DNA from: Ruditapes philippinarum
Lineage: Eukaryota
DNA length: 64,000 bases
Reading direction: 5' to 3'
Assembly (NCBI RefSeq): GCF_026571515.1
Contig: NW_026866931.1
Span: 1 to 64,000, forward strand
Positions 11,377 to 26,109 of the stretch are shown piece by piece. The notes beneath the pieces are model-generated. The model ran no database searches and had not been told where the DNA came from. It worked only from the letters and a program-made list of their open reading frames with translations. Positions within the stretch are counted from its first letter, which is position 1. Each line of letters starts with the position of its first letter. Made by a program: the position numbers and the translations under genes.

Positions 11377-14300
11377 TATTTTACATTTTGATCCAATTAT
11401 GATGCACGTGGTCTTTTCTGGATTTATGGCCATATTATTGAGAGTGCACCATTCCTGTATTTTTAGTAAGTCTAGTTGCAACTCAGACTGTATATTACTC
11501 AAACTTTGGTCAGCTATGTGTAATGTTGAATCGTCTGCATACATATCAATGTCTGAATTCGTAGTGACTGATATATCATTTACATATAACAGAAACAGTA
11601 AAGGACCTAAGATTGAGCCCTGTGGCACGCCTGATATAACCGGTAAGCTTTCAGATTTATCATTGTTGACTTCTATAATTTGCTCTCTGTTAGAGAGATA
11701 TGACTGGAAAAATTGTACAGAGTTTTCAGAAAAATGATAAAGTTTTAATTTATGAATCAGTATATTATGGTCAACTAAATCAAAGGCTTTTTTAAAATCT
11801 AAAAATACAGAACCTATTATATTTCCATCATCAATATTCGTAAGCCAAGCATCTAAAAGGCGGATCAAAGCCGTTTGGCAAGAATGATGTCTCCGGAAAC
11901 CTGACTGGTGTTCATTAATGATATTGGTATAATGAAGATAATTATTTAGCTGATTTGCAACATGCCTTACAAGTATTTTTGAAATGGTTGGGAGAATAGA
12001 TATTGGCCTATAATTATTGGGGTTTGACTTATCCCCCCCCCCTTTGTGTAAAGGTATAACACGTGCTTGTTTCAGTTTATCTGGGAATATACCTAGTGAA
12101 ATACTCTTATTAATAATTGAAGTTCTTGCTCTAGTTATAGAGTCTTTACATAGTTTTAACATAGGACCAATTCCATCAATGCCAGAAGATTTATTTTATC
12201 AAGGTTGTCAATATATTTGCTTACTTCAAATGTGGTTATGAAATCAATGTCAAATTGCTTATGTCTAAGTTTATGATCTAGAACATCTTTTAAATACGAA
12301 AAATTGTTAACATTAAAATTAGATTTCTTAATTAGTTTTGAAATTTCTGTAAAATGTTTATTTAAGGCATTTGCAACATTCACATTTCCTTCAAAAAGAA
12401 CATCATTAATGCTTAATGAGATTGGTAAAGAGGGTTGCTGCTTATTCTCATTTGATATGTCTTTTAAAGATTGCCATAAATATTTACAATCTCTCGAATC
12501 TTCAACTGCCATGTTATAGAACATCTTCTTACTCTTTTTGATAATAACCTGGCATTTATTTCTCCATAACTTATAATTAATCCAGTCTTTACAACTTTTA
12601 TAGTGATCTCTTTTATTGCGGGCCTCTTTAATTTCGTCAGAGTACCAATCTGGTTGTTTAGTCCTTTTAATACGCTTTACTTTTACAGGCGTATGTTTGT
12701 TAAATAATGTTTCAATCATATTGTATAGAACATCAAGTGAGTTATTTGGCTCTGCAATAGTTTCAATCATATCAAAATTAATAGCATTCAAATCATCTTT
12801 AAATACTTGTTCATTAAAATTCTTGAAAGAACGATAATTCATCGTTTTATGCGAGAAAGCATTTGCCTCCCTTCTTGTAACACAATTTATTGTAAACGAC
12901 AATGGATAGTGATCGCTTAAGCTTAAATTAGAGACACTCACATCATAAATATGGTTAAGGGAAGATACGTATAAATGGTCAATTATAGTAGATGTATCTT
13001 TAGTTACTCTGATTGGATTAATTGCTTGAGGCCAAAATCTTGAACAATATGCGCCCATTTGCTATTATTAAAATTGTTAGGGTATGAATAGTTAATGCTC
13101 ATATCTCCAATTACATACAAATCTAGATTATTTAATTATGCAGTAATTAATTGCTGCTCATAGAAATCAATCCAAGACTGGTAACTGTAAGGTGGCCTGT
13201 ATAAGAAATTTAACAGTACAGATTTATTGTGTGAAAAATTGACCTGAAACCAAACAGATTCCACATTTTGCGATTCAAAGTCAATTCGCCTTCTATAAGA
13301 AACAGTATCTTTGATATATATTACAATTCCACCGCCACCCTTTAATACCCTGTCTCTCCTTTCAAAAGTATAATTATCAATTTTGAGATCCTTATCTTTT
13401 ACTGAATCACATAAAAATGTTTCGCATAAACCAAAAATATCTGGGGCATTTGATTCATTAAGTACCATACGTATTTCATCAATTTTGGGCATAAGATGTT
13501 GTACATTTAGAAAGCTTATATGCAACCCTTTAGTGCCGAAAGTAAATGTTACATAAAAATCTGCACCGTCCATAAATACGCTCGCTAAATGTATGCATGG
13601 ATGATTGTACGGACTCAACAAAAAGGACTTTCACATTCAGTGTAAACCTTTTCCGAACATTTTGGGCAAACTTTGAAGATATGCCTAAAGTTAATCTCAA
13701 CAACCACCTCCAAATACTAAACATAGTCAGTTTTTTTCTTATAACTTTAATGTGAAAAGCTAAACATTTAATGTTTTTATTTAAAAAAAATCACATCAAA
13801 ATAAATACCAGTAAAGAAATTAATAGAATTGAATGAATGAAATTTTATTCCAAATTTATAGGCTGATTATTTACCGGATGACACTTGAGAAGATAGGATG
13901 TATGCACAGAAAGGTAACATGTGTACTGAGAGAAAAGATTCGCTAAAACAACGCTCTAACAGTGAAGTAGCTCCGTGGATGATTTTAATTTTTGACAGGG
14001 GATGATTTTAGGTACGGTAAAAGTCTATTGGGTTAACACTTTTCTTACATGATGAGTAAAATTTCTGTAATTACTAGTCTGTCCAAAAGGTATTCAAGCA
14101 ACTACCTCAGAACCGCATCAATATATACTTTAGATCATAGGCCGGGCATAGTTTTTTGTGCAACAGGTCTGAATTCCAAATTCAGAAACGACTGACAGAA
14201 AGTACATAAAAACATGATAGGAAAAATAACACATTAGAATGAACTAAACTGAAAGTGTTCCTACTTTAACAGTAGAAGAACTTGACGGAATACTCGTATC

Positions 14301-14454
14301 TACTGATGATGCCTTTCTGAAATTGAGATGTAACTGCTGACTTCCGAAAACAATAGAGAACTGTCACAACTTCTACAGGGGTTGTTCAATAAACGTTTGC
14401 CGCAAATATGATACCTCGGTACCTCCGGTATTAAATTTTTCTAGGAGCCAAGCA

Positions 14455-15005
14455 AGCGAATATAAAATCAATGCGCAGAAGGCGCTGAATTTGTTTGGGT
14501 CTCAGAATGTCAGAAAGGTGAAGGTTGTGAGATTATAAACCAATTTGTTTTTGTATAGTGCCTACAATGCTTTCCAGCGTTTTAATTGTAGTAAATTGGC
14601 TATAAGACTAATTGCAACACTGATATTCAATTCAATGTTTATTTGACTTAAACAATTTGAAAAAAAAAAAAATAATTGTCTTGACTGGGATTTGAACTCC
14701 AGACCTCTCGCTTCCTAAGCGAGCGCGCAAACACCTCGGCCACGGTGAAGTTATATGTTAACGGTCTGAAGAAAATCATATTATTCTAAATTAGGGTTTG
14801 TAACCCTTATTATTGTTGTTTAACACAGATGTAAATAATCAAGGAGCTTACTATAAGCATGTATATCTATAAAGACTAAAACAATATTAGAAATTTTCGA
14901 CCATTCCGGAACTATTTTGCTTGAAAATTAATGCGCCTGTCATTTGACCATCTTGATCTCCCCTGAATTTTTCGGCGTTAGTGTACATATAAAGGGAAGT
15001 AACTT
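14455..15005 (-). mobile_element. Truncated copy of the tRNA-cassette-bearing element found at 59184-61484
   Basis: The reverse complement of ~14870-15005 matches ~59285-59420 (GTTACTTCCCTT..GCCGAAAAATTCAGGGGAGATCA..), and the reverse complement of ~14460-14870 matches ~60255-60645. Confidence 0.85.
14677..14749 (-). pseudogene. tRNA-Pro(AGG)-like sequence inside a repeat
   Basis: Minus strand: CCGTGGCCGAGGTG..CTCGCTTAGGAAGCGAGAGGTCTGGAGTTCAAATCCCAG, followed by a T13 run. The anticodon arm CTCGC-TTAGGAA-GCGAG resembles metazoan tRNA-Pro. Acceptor and T stems are imperfect. Confidence 0.65.
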
Positions 15006-15249
15006 TATACTGATTAATATTTTTGTCAATTTTACAAACAGTTCCTGTTAAACCAATTATTTAACTGTACTGATATTCAAACAAATAATATACATGCACT
15101 GAATGTGCTATTAAAATTTAAATAATTCTTGTGAAACACGTTTTTAAACCTCATGTTTAATTCTACTTGTATATGATGATAAACTTGAATCAAAATTTAA
15201 GCAAGCACATAATTATTTTCTTTCATTGCTGTCATTGATAGATTATTTG

Positions 15250-16040
15250 GTGTTATATAAAAATCTTATTTGTCTAATGTGATATAACATAATATTCACC
15301 CGAGAAAGAGAATTAATCCTTGATAGGTAATTCCTTTCCATTTCTAACATTAAACAATTATTGACTAGTGAGCCATTAAATATAATGTGATATTCACCGG
15401 TAAATGTCATTATGACAATTTGCCAGTGAGTATCATATCATATTCAATGGATCATTAGTCAATAACTGTTTTATTATATGATCAGCCTAAGATTAAAAAA
15501 ACACACACAAAAGTAAGGCCTAGTATTAAAAACAAGTTGAACTTAGCAAAGTACTTATCATTGCGGTTGAACTTTTGCTTATAATTGTGGAGTAAATTAA
15601 AATTTTGAATCGAGAAATATGCCATAAAGAACAAAAGGCAACAATTTTAATTAGTTTATGCTGTATTGTCATTTAAATAATGAGTATGATTCCATTTCAT
15701 ATTAGATAAGGAAAATCCAGTCAGTCAATATGATACTACACCTAGTCATAAATGCGCATACATAAATCATATTCACAAGTGAATATGATTTATGCTCGCG
15801 CAGTTAATTGTCTTCGCGGTATGTTTATTAAATATGAATCTGACTTTTAAATTGGGAAAATTCATTTTAGCCAGTGAATATGATACTACACTCAGTGAAA
15901 AGGATTTGTTCTGTTGACCACTGTTTGAACTAATGAGATTGCAGCTATGTTTAGATAATATAATAATATACATGTATGCTATCACCCTCGGAGAAATGTG
16001 ATATTTATATCACATAAGGTTGAATAAAAATATATATTGT
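15250..16040. mobile_element. Degenerate MITE-like element with imperfect TIRs and an internal ~120-bp foldback
   Basis: ATGTGATATAA..CCGAG (~15277-15304) is inverted at CTCGG..TTATATCACAT (~15968-16015). Internal palindrome AAACAATTATTGACTA..TAGTCAATAACTGTTT at ~15352-15471. Confidence 0.6.
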
Positions 16041-19000
16041 CATAACTTATGGATTGATTACTATAAAGACATATATTCTGAGACTTATTATTTTGTAAAT
16101 GTCTCGGTTTTACTCTCTCCCTTTCAATGTCCGCTCTTTATTAGAACGCTATGTGAATCAATAAGTCTCTTTTCAGATGAAATAAAAACTGATGAAAAAT
16201 AAAGGCAGACAGCTAATTTTGTAAACAAATCACGATCTCAATATAAATTTGTAATGTTTGTAGTTTTTGTATTTGTTCCGGTTTCCTTTCAGCTATCCTC
16301 TTACTTAAAGCTTGGAAATCAGATACAAGGATTGAGAAATGTTTGTGCTCAAATAATTCAATTTATGTATGAGCTGAAGACAAAACAATCTAATTATTTG
16401 GTAACAATCTCATTTATTCAATCTACCAGAAACGAGTAATCGAATTGCAGTAGATACAGTTTCTGAATCTCTTAACTTCCCATTATTTATCTTATTGTGA
16501 GAAAACGTTAATGACTCACTCATGCATTGTTGTATTAAATGGAATGTCAATATTGGAAATGAAAAGTAGAATTTATACATAACAACGGTTTGCTTTGTTG
16601 TAAAGGTTTGTATGTTAATATGAGCTTCAATGTTCGTGTCATTCCATGAAAAGCGAAGTATGGTCCCCAGATAAAGAAAATGCCCTAAACGAGAAACAAT
16701 GGGCGAACTAAATAAAAAGTTATTTTGAAATGAGATCAAAGGTTATGAAGCCTGCATATTACATATGTAAGATGGAAAAGAAAGGTCAAAGAATTGTACT
16801 AAGGCTTGAAGACACCGCTCTCGATAAAAGTGCGTACAAATGGTATACATCTGAGGTTACTCCTTTCATAGTTGTAATAATAGTTACAGGTGATTTTCTT
16901 TGACACCACCATGCAAACCTGTCCAACGGAAATGACGTCATCAAAATTGTCATGAAATCATCTGCTAAATTATTTTTTTTGTACCGGTATATGAAAGTTC
17001 ATATCTTTGAAATGTTAAAATAGTTTGTTTTGTAATAAGAACAGATATAAGAAAATATCCCGAAGAAAGAAGTAAATTGATAATGATTGAATATAGAAAG
17101 TTAAAATAAAAATGTCAATTCTTCTTAGAGTCTGTTTTCAAAATCAGACCAGGTTTTTAAAATATATTGCTTCAACTAAAAATAATCTTTTATACATATA
17201 TGTAATGATATACGACATAATTTTAAAAATAAACAGACATTACCTGAAAACAATCCTTGTCAAATACTGTTCAAAAATGAAGTTTAACTCAACTTTTCAT
17301 ACATACAAATAAGATGAATAATTAATAAGATGGTTCTTATGTAAAGTATCGGTTTAACTGTAATTCTTAAATACTTTTCTCTTAGTTTTTATGTATCATA
17401 ATCTGGAGAAAAAGTGATCCTTTGGAAGCATCACAATAAAATAACATGAAAATTGCAGACTCGGCTTGATTAAGTCTGTACATGAGGGATAATGAAAAAG
17501 TGCAACATCCTTCACGCCCCGATCATTGGCTTTATGATTATAATCCTCTTTTCTTTTACTAGTTGGGCACTGCATGCAACAGTACTTTACTTAATCTAAA
17601 TTAGCTGCTGCTTACTTTACCTTGTAGACTTTATAAAAAGAAATAATTAACACAAATGCCAAAAGCAAATTATCAAAAACATAGCGAACTGGAAGTATAA
17701 AATAGTATCTTCAATGGTAGCATCTTAAATGCATAATTTGTTGCATTTCTTAGTTCAATAACATTTTATGTAAATAGTTTGTGGAGTTATGGGATCAAAT
17801 AGATTAACATCTGTGAAACTACTGCAGCTATAAATGCCGCGAGCACCGTCTAATCTTACATGTTATGGTTTATTAGAATATTATATTGTGGTTTATTAGT
17901 ACATGAAATGCAGAAGAGACCATACATCTTATCTAATGTCTTATTCTTTCCCTCCTGCAGCTATATATTAGGCATACATTTTTTTACTTTTTACGACCAG
18001 TAACATAATTATGTGCCTTGTTGCAAAACACAATCACACATAAATTATAAATCTACAAAGTTAAAGCCAAAGAAGTAACGAAAACAACTATCGTAAATCC
18101 ATCTTATTTTATGGAACAAATTTATGAAATTAAATTGTATACATAACCATTTAGCTTTTTGGAAACAGTAGAAGTAGGGTATATTCTCTTAGCAAGTACA
18201 AAATGTATCTTCAAAAAAAAAATTATCATATCATAAATAAATTCATACATTATGTCACGATATTTCCATATTTTACAGCCCGATTATGATACAAAATGGA
18301 CTCTTATTTAAACCACTCTATTATTTTACTTAGATGTAACAAGAGTTTATATCAAACACGGTTGTGACCGAGTAGGTCTTGAACCATCGATCCCTTGGTT
18401 AAGTCATAACGACATAAAATGAGGCTATTATATATTGTTCAATACAATACTGAATTTTATTGGACTATTAAAAACTTTTATTTGACGAGGTATATGCAGA
18501 GTCAAATGTAGGGTTTACTAGTATCATATGGATTTTATATGATTGTTGTTTTTTTAATCAGAAAATAGAAACAACGCTAGAGAGAGTATACTTTGTATTT
18601 GATATGGATAAGTTGAACTCGTAAATTGAAAACGAGGCCAAATTGATAACATTAGATCGTAAAATGATTTATAATATCACATGATGTAAACGATAGAAAT
18701 TTATTGGTTATTTATTACATAAGGTGTAAAGTAAATGTAACTATTTTAAACTCAAAATATATATATCATCTTACCTACTCGATAATGTTTTTTCTTCGAT
18801 TATGTGTTTAAAAACTCATTCTATTCATATTGTCCGTACCTGCAATGAAATATTTAACTAAAACGACAAGGTTTATATATATTCTTTTATTTACTGTATG
18901 CGTTGTTTGCATTACAAGAATTTGTTATTGCATATGTAGCATGTCAGAAAAAAGCGATATTTTTGTGTTATTGGTATTAAGACAAATAACAATGCAACTT

Positions 19001-21934
19001 ATAAAACCAAATTACTAATTGGAAAACTTTTAAAAGCTAAATTCGTTCAAAATATTCAATTAAATTTCTTCTCGTCTACCTTATTGTTCAGGTAAATTTT
19101 GTTTATTTTTCATATTGAAATATGATAAGGCCTATAAACAGGACAGTTCGTTATATTTTTTGACACTGTATTAAGTTGATACATTACAAAATAAGATTTA
19201 TGTAATAATATAAATTAGATAGTCTCGATTACAGTATTTGTTTCATTATTCAGCAATGCGATGCCATTTTAGTTCTCGTTGTTCTTATTATTTCTTGTCA
19301 TTGTCATATATTATTCAAACGAGAAATAACAGGTTTTTAATTAAGTGAAAAGAAAAGGAACATTTATTAAACAGTCTAGACACTAACAATTATTTACCAT
19401 TTGCTATATTTGTCTAGTTTAAGACCTTTTATTCACATAACTGGAAACAAAAAAAACTTGCATACCGTCATGAACGAACATTGCAGACTCAATTGGTTTC
19501 TTTGTTTTCCGGTTTATTTTTGTTTGTTTGTTTTTGTTGTTATTGTTTGTTTGGTTTTTGTTGTTGTTGTTTTTGGAGGGGGGGGAGTACTAATTGTTTG
19601 CTTCTTGTAAATGTTTAAGACATTAAGAGTGTAAGGTAAATATTCTTTGCACTAAATTTTTCCATTCTTGATTCTGTATATGTTTATATAAATTTACAGA
19701 TAATACGATTGTTGAGATCATAGCTTAGGTTTCAGAACTTACTATGTATTGTGTCTGACTTCCTTTTTAGTATTCTAATACCCGTATAGAAAGAGACCGC
19801 TCTATTCTTAACACATTTTGATTTTGAAGTATTCCAATATTTTTTTTTAATTAGAATCGGAGATGAGCAAAAGTTCATAAAGAATTTAAACACTGTTAAT
19901 ATCTATATACTATATTTTGACAATTGGTAAACAATACTATCGATAATCTAACTTGTACATTGAAATGCCAATACCACTACGCAAAAAAGATATTTCCATG
20001 GTAACCTCCACTTAAGGGAGATCACAAAATATACCCATTTGTGCAAATAATCCGAAAAAGTCAAAAGGATGCGGACAACAGATAAAAACTTATACTTTAT
20101 ACATTGTAATGTGATTTTATGTACTTCAGATTGATTAAATAATCATATGGCAAAATCTAAATCTAAAGATTACCATGCAAAAGCCTTTGGGCCAGTTATT
20201 CTATTTTAAGATAGTATGGTGATCATTTATGAGCAAAGATGACGAGGCACATCCAATCAAAATGTCATTAAAGATCTCTCAACCAAGCAAAGCCAATATT
20301 TAAGGTGAACATAAAGAACAAATTTATCACATTATCTCCTAATATTGTCACCTCTAGTCACTGATTAGGTCCAATTATATCAGGTTATATGAAGAATAAA
20401 ATACACAAACATCTGTTGTGGTGTTACCAGATGACACATAAAATACTAAACCAATATGCTGCAATTTTTAGTTGAGTTGATAAAGGAATTTAAAAGAGAA
20501 AACATTGTTCTATTGCAATATTTGCTTGGGATTGGATAATCTGATTTGTTGATGATAGTTGTTATAACGAATGTGGTTACAAAATCATTTGAAGGAAACG
20601 ACAGTGGTCTTATAAGTGCTTTTCCAGAAATGGAAACTGTTAGAAGAATGTTTACTCGACTATCTGTTAGCCGAATGTCAAGTTTTATGATATCTAAATT
20701 ATCATCTCGATTAAAGTAGCAAGCCTCAAGTAAAAATGAAAACGAAAAATTGGAATGTGTTTTAAAAATTAAACTATTGAGAAGTGAACAAATATAGTAA
20801 TTTACACATTGCACACGGCACGAATAATACACGTTTATTAACAAACGAGGTCAAAATAAGCAAAAATTGCCCTTACTGCAATGATAATTACTGCAATATC
20901 AGTTATTAACGCACATGACATATCAAATGATCACTTTAATCTTGATTCTTTTTACATTTCTTAAATCGTTTTTTTACATTCTTCTTAAGTTTGATATTCT
21001 TGAAATAGTTTGGCTCAGCTGGAGCCCGTTCTGTTGCGTGCATGGATAAAACATTTAGATAAATTGACTGTGTAAGTATGATGTTGTGCGATAAATACAT
21101 GTTACATGCAGAGGTCCAAAAGCAGATGTAAGTATGAATTTAGGGTTATGCAAATTTTCTCTTTAATTAGACTGGCCATGTGTGACGGGCGTATCTTATG
21201 AATAATTGGTACTCTCGTTTAAAATATGATATCAAAATTTTCAGCTTGCGTTTGTTCTATAAGTTATGCAATGTATGAAATACACTCTTTTGAGCATGTT
21301 ACCACATGCTCTTCCTATATTATAGTATGAGGAGCAATAAAATCGACTCATTTGAATTAATCCCGAACCTTTTACCTCTTAATTATCGGCAATATTTGCC
21401 ATACTGCCAATTTCTATTAATGTCTTCAGGCATAACAATACAAGCACTTGTCAACGTAATTTAATTCAGTGACCTTTTTATAACTCGTTAACAGCGCGTA
21501 TGGCTACATGAATTCCCCGTTTGTTTTCAGAACAAAAAGGTATTTGTTTTCGGACACTTACAAGATCAAGCAATTACCCCAAACGATGTGAAAACAATGA
21601 CGTTCACTCTAAGTTTAAATAAGATTCAACTCTGAAGAACTTAAGACATTGACATTTTTCTAAATCAACACAAAGGGCTAAACAAAAGGCTTTTCAAAAT
21701 ATTGTCTTCGGGTCTGTTTTCGAACATCTGTCGAAAACAGCGAGGGAAAGGAAATGTCTTGAACACATTTTAGTAGAAAAATTATCTTAAATATTGTACC
21801 AGGTCGTATATTACGCTTCTACTCGTGCATAAACATTGTGATTGAGTAATTAATTGACAATACATGTTTGAATTGTAAAAATTAAAATTTACACTACTGT
21901 AATGCACAGCGCAACTTAGATATTTTAGCCGTTT

Positions 21935-22280
21935 ATTTAAGAAATAATATATCCCAATCTGTGATTTTATCGTTTAATAAAAGCACTTTTAGGAGTTTGG
22001 ATGCGAGGAATCACGAGGGCTATAATGTTGCGCATCTGAACGACATCAACAAAAAATGCTGCCGTACCTGATTATTAAGCTAAATTGCACCTGATTTGTT
22101 TCCGTAGGTCTACTTATTTTCAGCGCGTGGTTACGTCACATCTATAATGATTACGTCACATATCTAAATATAGGACGTCAACAGTGATTTTGTTGCATAA
22201 TAACACATATTTTTGCTTCTATGTTCAATAGGGAAAACTGCGGGTCGTGTTAGAATCGATATTAATAATTACTTTTTAAT
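21935..22280. mobile_element. Degenerate MITE-like element
   Basis: Ends TTAAGAAATAAT / ATTACTTTTTAA, internal hairpin GTTTGGATGCG..CGCATCTGAAC, and a duplicated TTACGTCACAT. Confidence 0.45.
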
Positions 22281-25200
22281 AATTATAAGAAGTGTGTGAT
22301 AGAGCTTTAAGTTTTTTTATTGAGTTCTTAAAATATTACAAGGTGATAACCGTTCAATGTTTGATTTAAAAGACCAAAGTTTCTGCAAGACAGACTTTAC
22401 TATTTAGCGTTTTTAGGGGTAACAATTTTTTAATTAAGTTTAAATTTTTGTTTTATTTCTAATGGCACACTGTTTTAAGTAAGATATTTATATAACTTTT
22501 CTTTATTTATAATGTAATTTATTGCTCAGATAGCTTTATTGTCAGTATATTAGTTTTATCTATTCTGTGTATGGTGGTATTATTTTAATGACTTTATGTA
22601 TAATAATGTCTTGTAATAATTTGAATTGTGATATAAACAATGCAGATACCATCAACTTATGTCAAGTAAATTGACTTGCCTTTCTGTGTTTAGCCTTTTA
22701 ATGTCACGAACCACACTGGAAAAAAGGGAGCATCAGTTTGTCCTTGTTTGTGTTACTATTGTAAAATGATTCATAAATTTTTGTATGCTTTATTTATGCA
22801 TGCATACATCATGTTTTGGTTTAACCATGTTTGTACATTTGTGATAATACTAAAAATAAATCTATATATCTATCTATTTTAGAATCTTACTACGGTGATC
22901 TAATTTGTAAATGATGTATTCCCATCAATTTTCAGTAAATAAGAATGTAACCGAATGTTAATCAAATTTTGTAAAGGAATACTAGCCAAATCTTAATGGT
23001 CGACTACCGAATCTAATTGATAACGATTTAGTAATCTGATTTCCTCACGGGATTCTTGTGGTTCAAATGGGTCAATTAGCAATTATACAAAAGTACGAAA
23101 AGGATTAAACCTGAAACGCACAGAATAAAAAAAAAAACAAAAGCACAAAACAAAAGCAAACAAAAAATCAGAAGCGGCGTTCGGGTAATTCTAATAAAGT
23201 AATGGATTTGAAAAGATATGACAACAATGTTAAAAAAAAGGTTTTGGCGTTTGGATTTTCTTTAAGGATTCCTTTTATCTGTATTTTAGTATTTTGTATT
23301 TTTGTACATAAATGATTAACGTATTTGACAAAACTTTACACATTTTTATTTGAATAAGCTTACTTAAAACTAATAACCGCGATATAAGTTGATAATGTGT
23401 ACAAAGATTATTTGTCTGTTATGTACCTAGTGTGACTTTTTCGAAACAAAGATGAATCATTATGCCGTACAAGGCCCTATATATTCTGAACATCTGAGAT
23501 ATTTTTTATACTTCATCGATTATATACTAGCTCATCAGGATTTATCTGTACAAATGATATCTGCATGCATTTGCAATTCACAATAGTGATATTTTACATA
23601 TTTTGTAAATGATCAAACTTTAAAGTTGTTGAATGTCACCGTTATCATAGTCTAAGATCATGAAAGTTCAGATCGAATTATTGAATGATTGCTTTAGTAT
23701 GACCTTACTTTGTAAACTTTACCGTTCTCTTAAATGCTAAGTATAATATCTATATTTTAGGTGGAACACTGACGCGGGGACTAACCTTATATGGGCCACT
23801 GCAATCCCAACTTTTCAGCCCTTCCGTCAATCATCGGATAACGACCTCGGATAAACAAACATTATACGGTATTTCGATCTTACCTGAGCTAAGAAACTAA
23901 ACATGTCAACAAAAAGTAATTAAATGCTAGGAGTTGTTAACTATGTTTACTCCAATGAATCTAGAAAAAATCCACCTAAATAGTAAACCGTTAGATTATT
24001 TATATACTCATCATTATGGTTGGAGAAATCGGAAGTACAAAATGGATACCTGACATTATTTCCTATTTGGTTATTATTGTACATCAGTGGGCGTTTTTTA
24101 ATTATTAATGTCTGTCACACATATTTTCAATCATGCTTTTACCGAAATAGACTTTATTTTTATTTGGATGTCAAATATATACATTTGTTATACATTTTCA
24201 AAGATTACCTTTGTTTTTGTTTACATAAAAAACGTGTGGAAAAACTTCTTTCAGTGTCGAGGAGTTTCGATTGGGACCACCGAATATGCTTCGGTTAACG
24301 ATAAGCTGGCTATGAATAAGTTTTACAAGTTTTAATTGTTTTTGTTAAATTGAATTTTCTTTGAAACAATTAACGAACCTTGATAATATCTCTTCAAAAT
24401 GACGAAATCTCTTTAGCCATGATTTTGATAGATTGAACTGTATAAAATGAGACTATATTTGAAGGAATACACAGACATAAAAGTCATACATGTACTCGAA
24501 AAACATGACTGCCCTTATATGATTTCGATAGGTAGATACTTTATTTCCTTCAATGTACATGAAAAGCTGATCATATATACAAACATATAATTATGAAATT
24601 AACAAAAAAAGTTTAAACAACTAGATATAATATGAACATGCAGTCAAATATAACTATAAACATAAAGCATGTTATCAATTTACAGAGATCAACAACCCAG
24701 AAATCAATATTTACAATTTTTCTAGAAACATACTCGTATTAAAAATAAAAGATAAAACAATAAATGAAACAAATCAAAATACTTAAATATATATGATAAA
24801 TTTCGACAAATGCATAATACTAAAATGAACGCGTCTCTCATTATATAACAGAAATAAAAAAGCGTATTTCTGATTTCTCGCAAAAGTATGACTTAATTTT
24901 ATTACCATTTGAAAATTAGATACATTTGTATAACATCATTAATTTTATATGTTACCGTTATTATGTTGACCTTCTGTAGGACTTTACATTTATCCTTTTT
25001 CTATTACTGTAAGGGAAAACAGAAACGCATTGACGATTGTTCAAATATGAACCAAAGTTGTGAGAAATTGTCTTATTGTATAAGAGCACTGCCAAATCGA
25101 TCGTGGAAAAATAATGATTTATGACTTTACCGATATGCAAATAGCATAAATTTCTATGAACATTAATGCCTTAGGTCACTTGCTTAAACAATGGTATATC

Positions 25201-26109
25201 TGCGACAGAAAAATATGTAAATATAGATAGTATAACACACTTGTTTTACCTGTTAAATTACATAGAGTGCGGACGATACCCACAGTCATTCAACTATTTT
25301 TACCATCATAATTGCGTGATAAAAAAATTAACTACGGAGTCCAGTGTCTTGATGCGTTCGGTTGCCACCAATTTGCAGTCTCAATTAAACTAGGTACATT
25401 TGCCATGTAACTGCTATTGACTTTAGTCTAATGTTATTCATTTTTAAGGTTTTAAGAGTATAGAAATATGTTATATCAAAGCATTTTCAGACAAGTTTAA
25501 CGCAAATGCCACATTGATATGTTGTTCTTATTATGAAGCTGTCAAGGAAAAAATCGTGATTTATGACTGCAATCCACCATGAATTATCTCCTTTCACAAA
25601 GTTATATCAATAAAACATCAATCAAATTGTATGATATCATTTTCTTGTCATTATCAATTTATGTGGTGACTGAAGAATGACCAGTTCAATATATTCGTCC
25701 TATGTCTGGGATGGATATATGAAGAATGCTCATTTTACATCAGAAAATATTTTGGAGTATAACTATATGTACCTGGTCGTCCGTCCGTCCATTGTTAGCT
25801 ATTTCGTGTCCACTCTTTAAATGGTATCTCTTTAATTGAAATATAGCTTTAAACAACACAAACAAACTTTTATTCCGGTGTAGGTTATTGTTTGAGTGTG
25901 TTATGCTTACAGAAGCACTTCTATGGAAATATAGCGTTATTATTATTGATTAAATGCAAATGGATTTAAACATGTCTGTATATACTAAATGTTCATTCGG
26001 TATAATAAATATTATGATCGTTTACAAAGCTGCAAAAGATAATATTTTTGTTTAAAGATGCATAGAAAAATAGATGTTTAACACATTACTTCATATACAC
26101 GCCTTTTAA

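Larger units (their letters stand above)
8255..13621 (-). pseudogene. Disrupted LINE ORF2 (endonuclease-reverse transcriptase)
   Basis: Fragments 13136-13621, 12156-13058, 11377-12162 and 8255-8929 join into one protein. Lesions: in-frame TAA at 13136-13138, frameshifts near 13010 and 12200, the HINE insertion at 8930-11376, and an in-frame TAA at 8828-8830 (CLS*KTHID, where W is expected). Confidence 0.9.
8046..13957 (-). mobile_element. Non-LTR retrotransposon (CR1/L2-like LINE, APE+RT), degenerate, interrupted by a nested HINE
   Basis: APE motifs (FLNVQHL, GLCETFL, RRDR..GGGGIVIYIK, LYRPP, IGDM, IIDHLYV), RT motifs (NYRPISILPTISK, HQSGFR, FLDFKKAFDLVDH, GVPQGSILGPLLFLLYVND, YADDST) and a C-terminal region (FDYGCIIW, LQKRTARII). 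The 3' end reads AATAAAGACTT(TAT)n on the minus strand at ~8046-8075. The 5' end is approximate. No ORF1 or TSD recognised. Confidence 0.93.

Noticed and set aside
11354-12837. Plus-strand ORFs (127, 74, 71 and 73 aa)
   Set aside because: Antisense shadows of the LINE ORF2.
20446-20844. 132-aa minus-strand ORF
   Set aside because: No recognisable domain, non-ATG start, no convincing splice acceptor.
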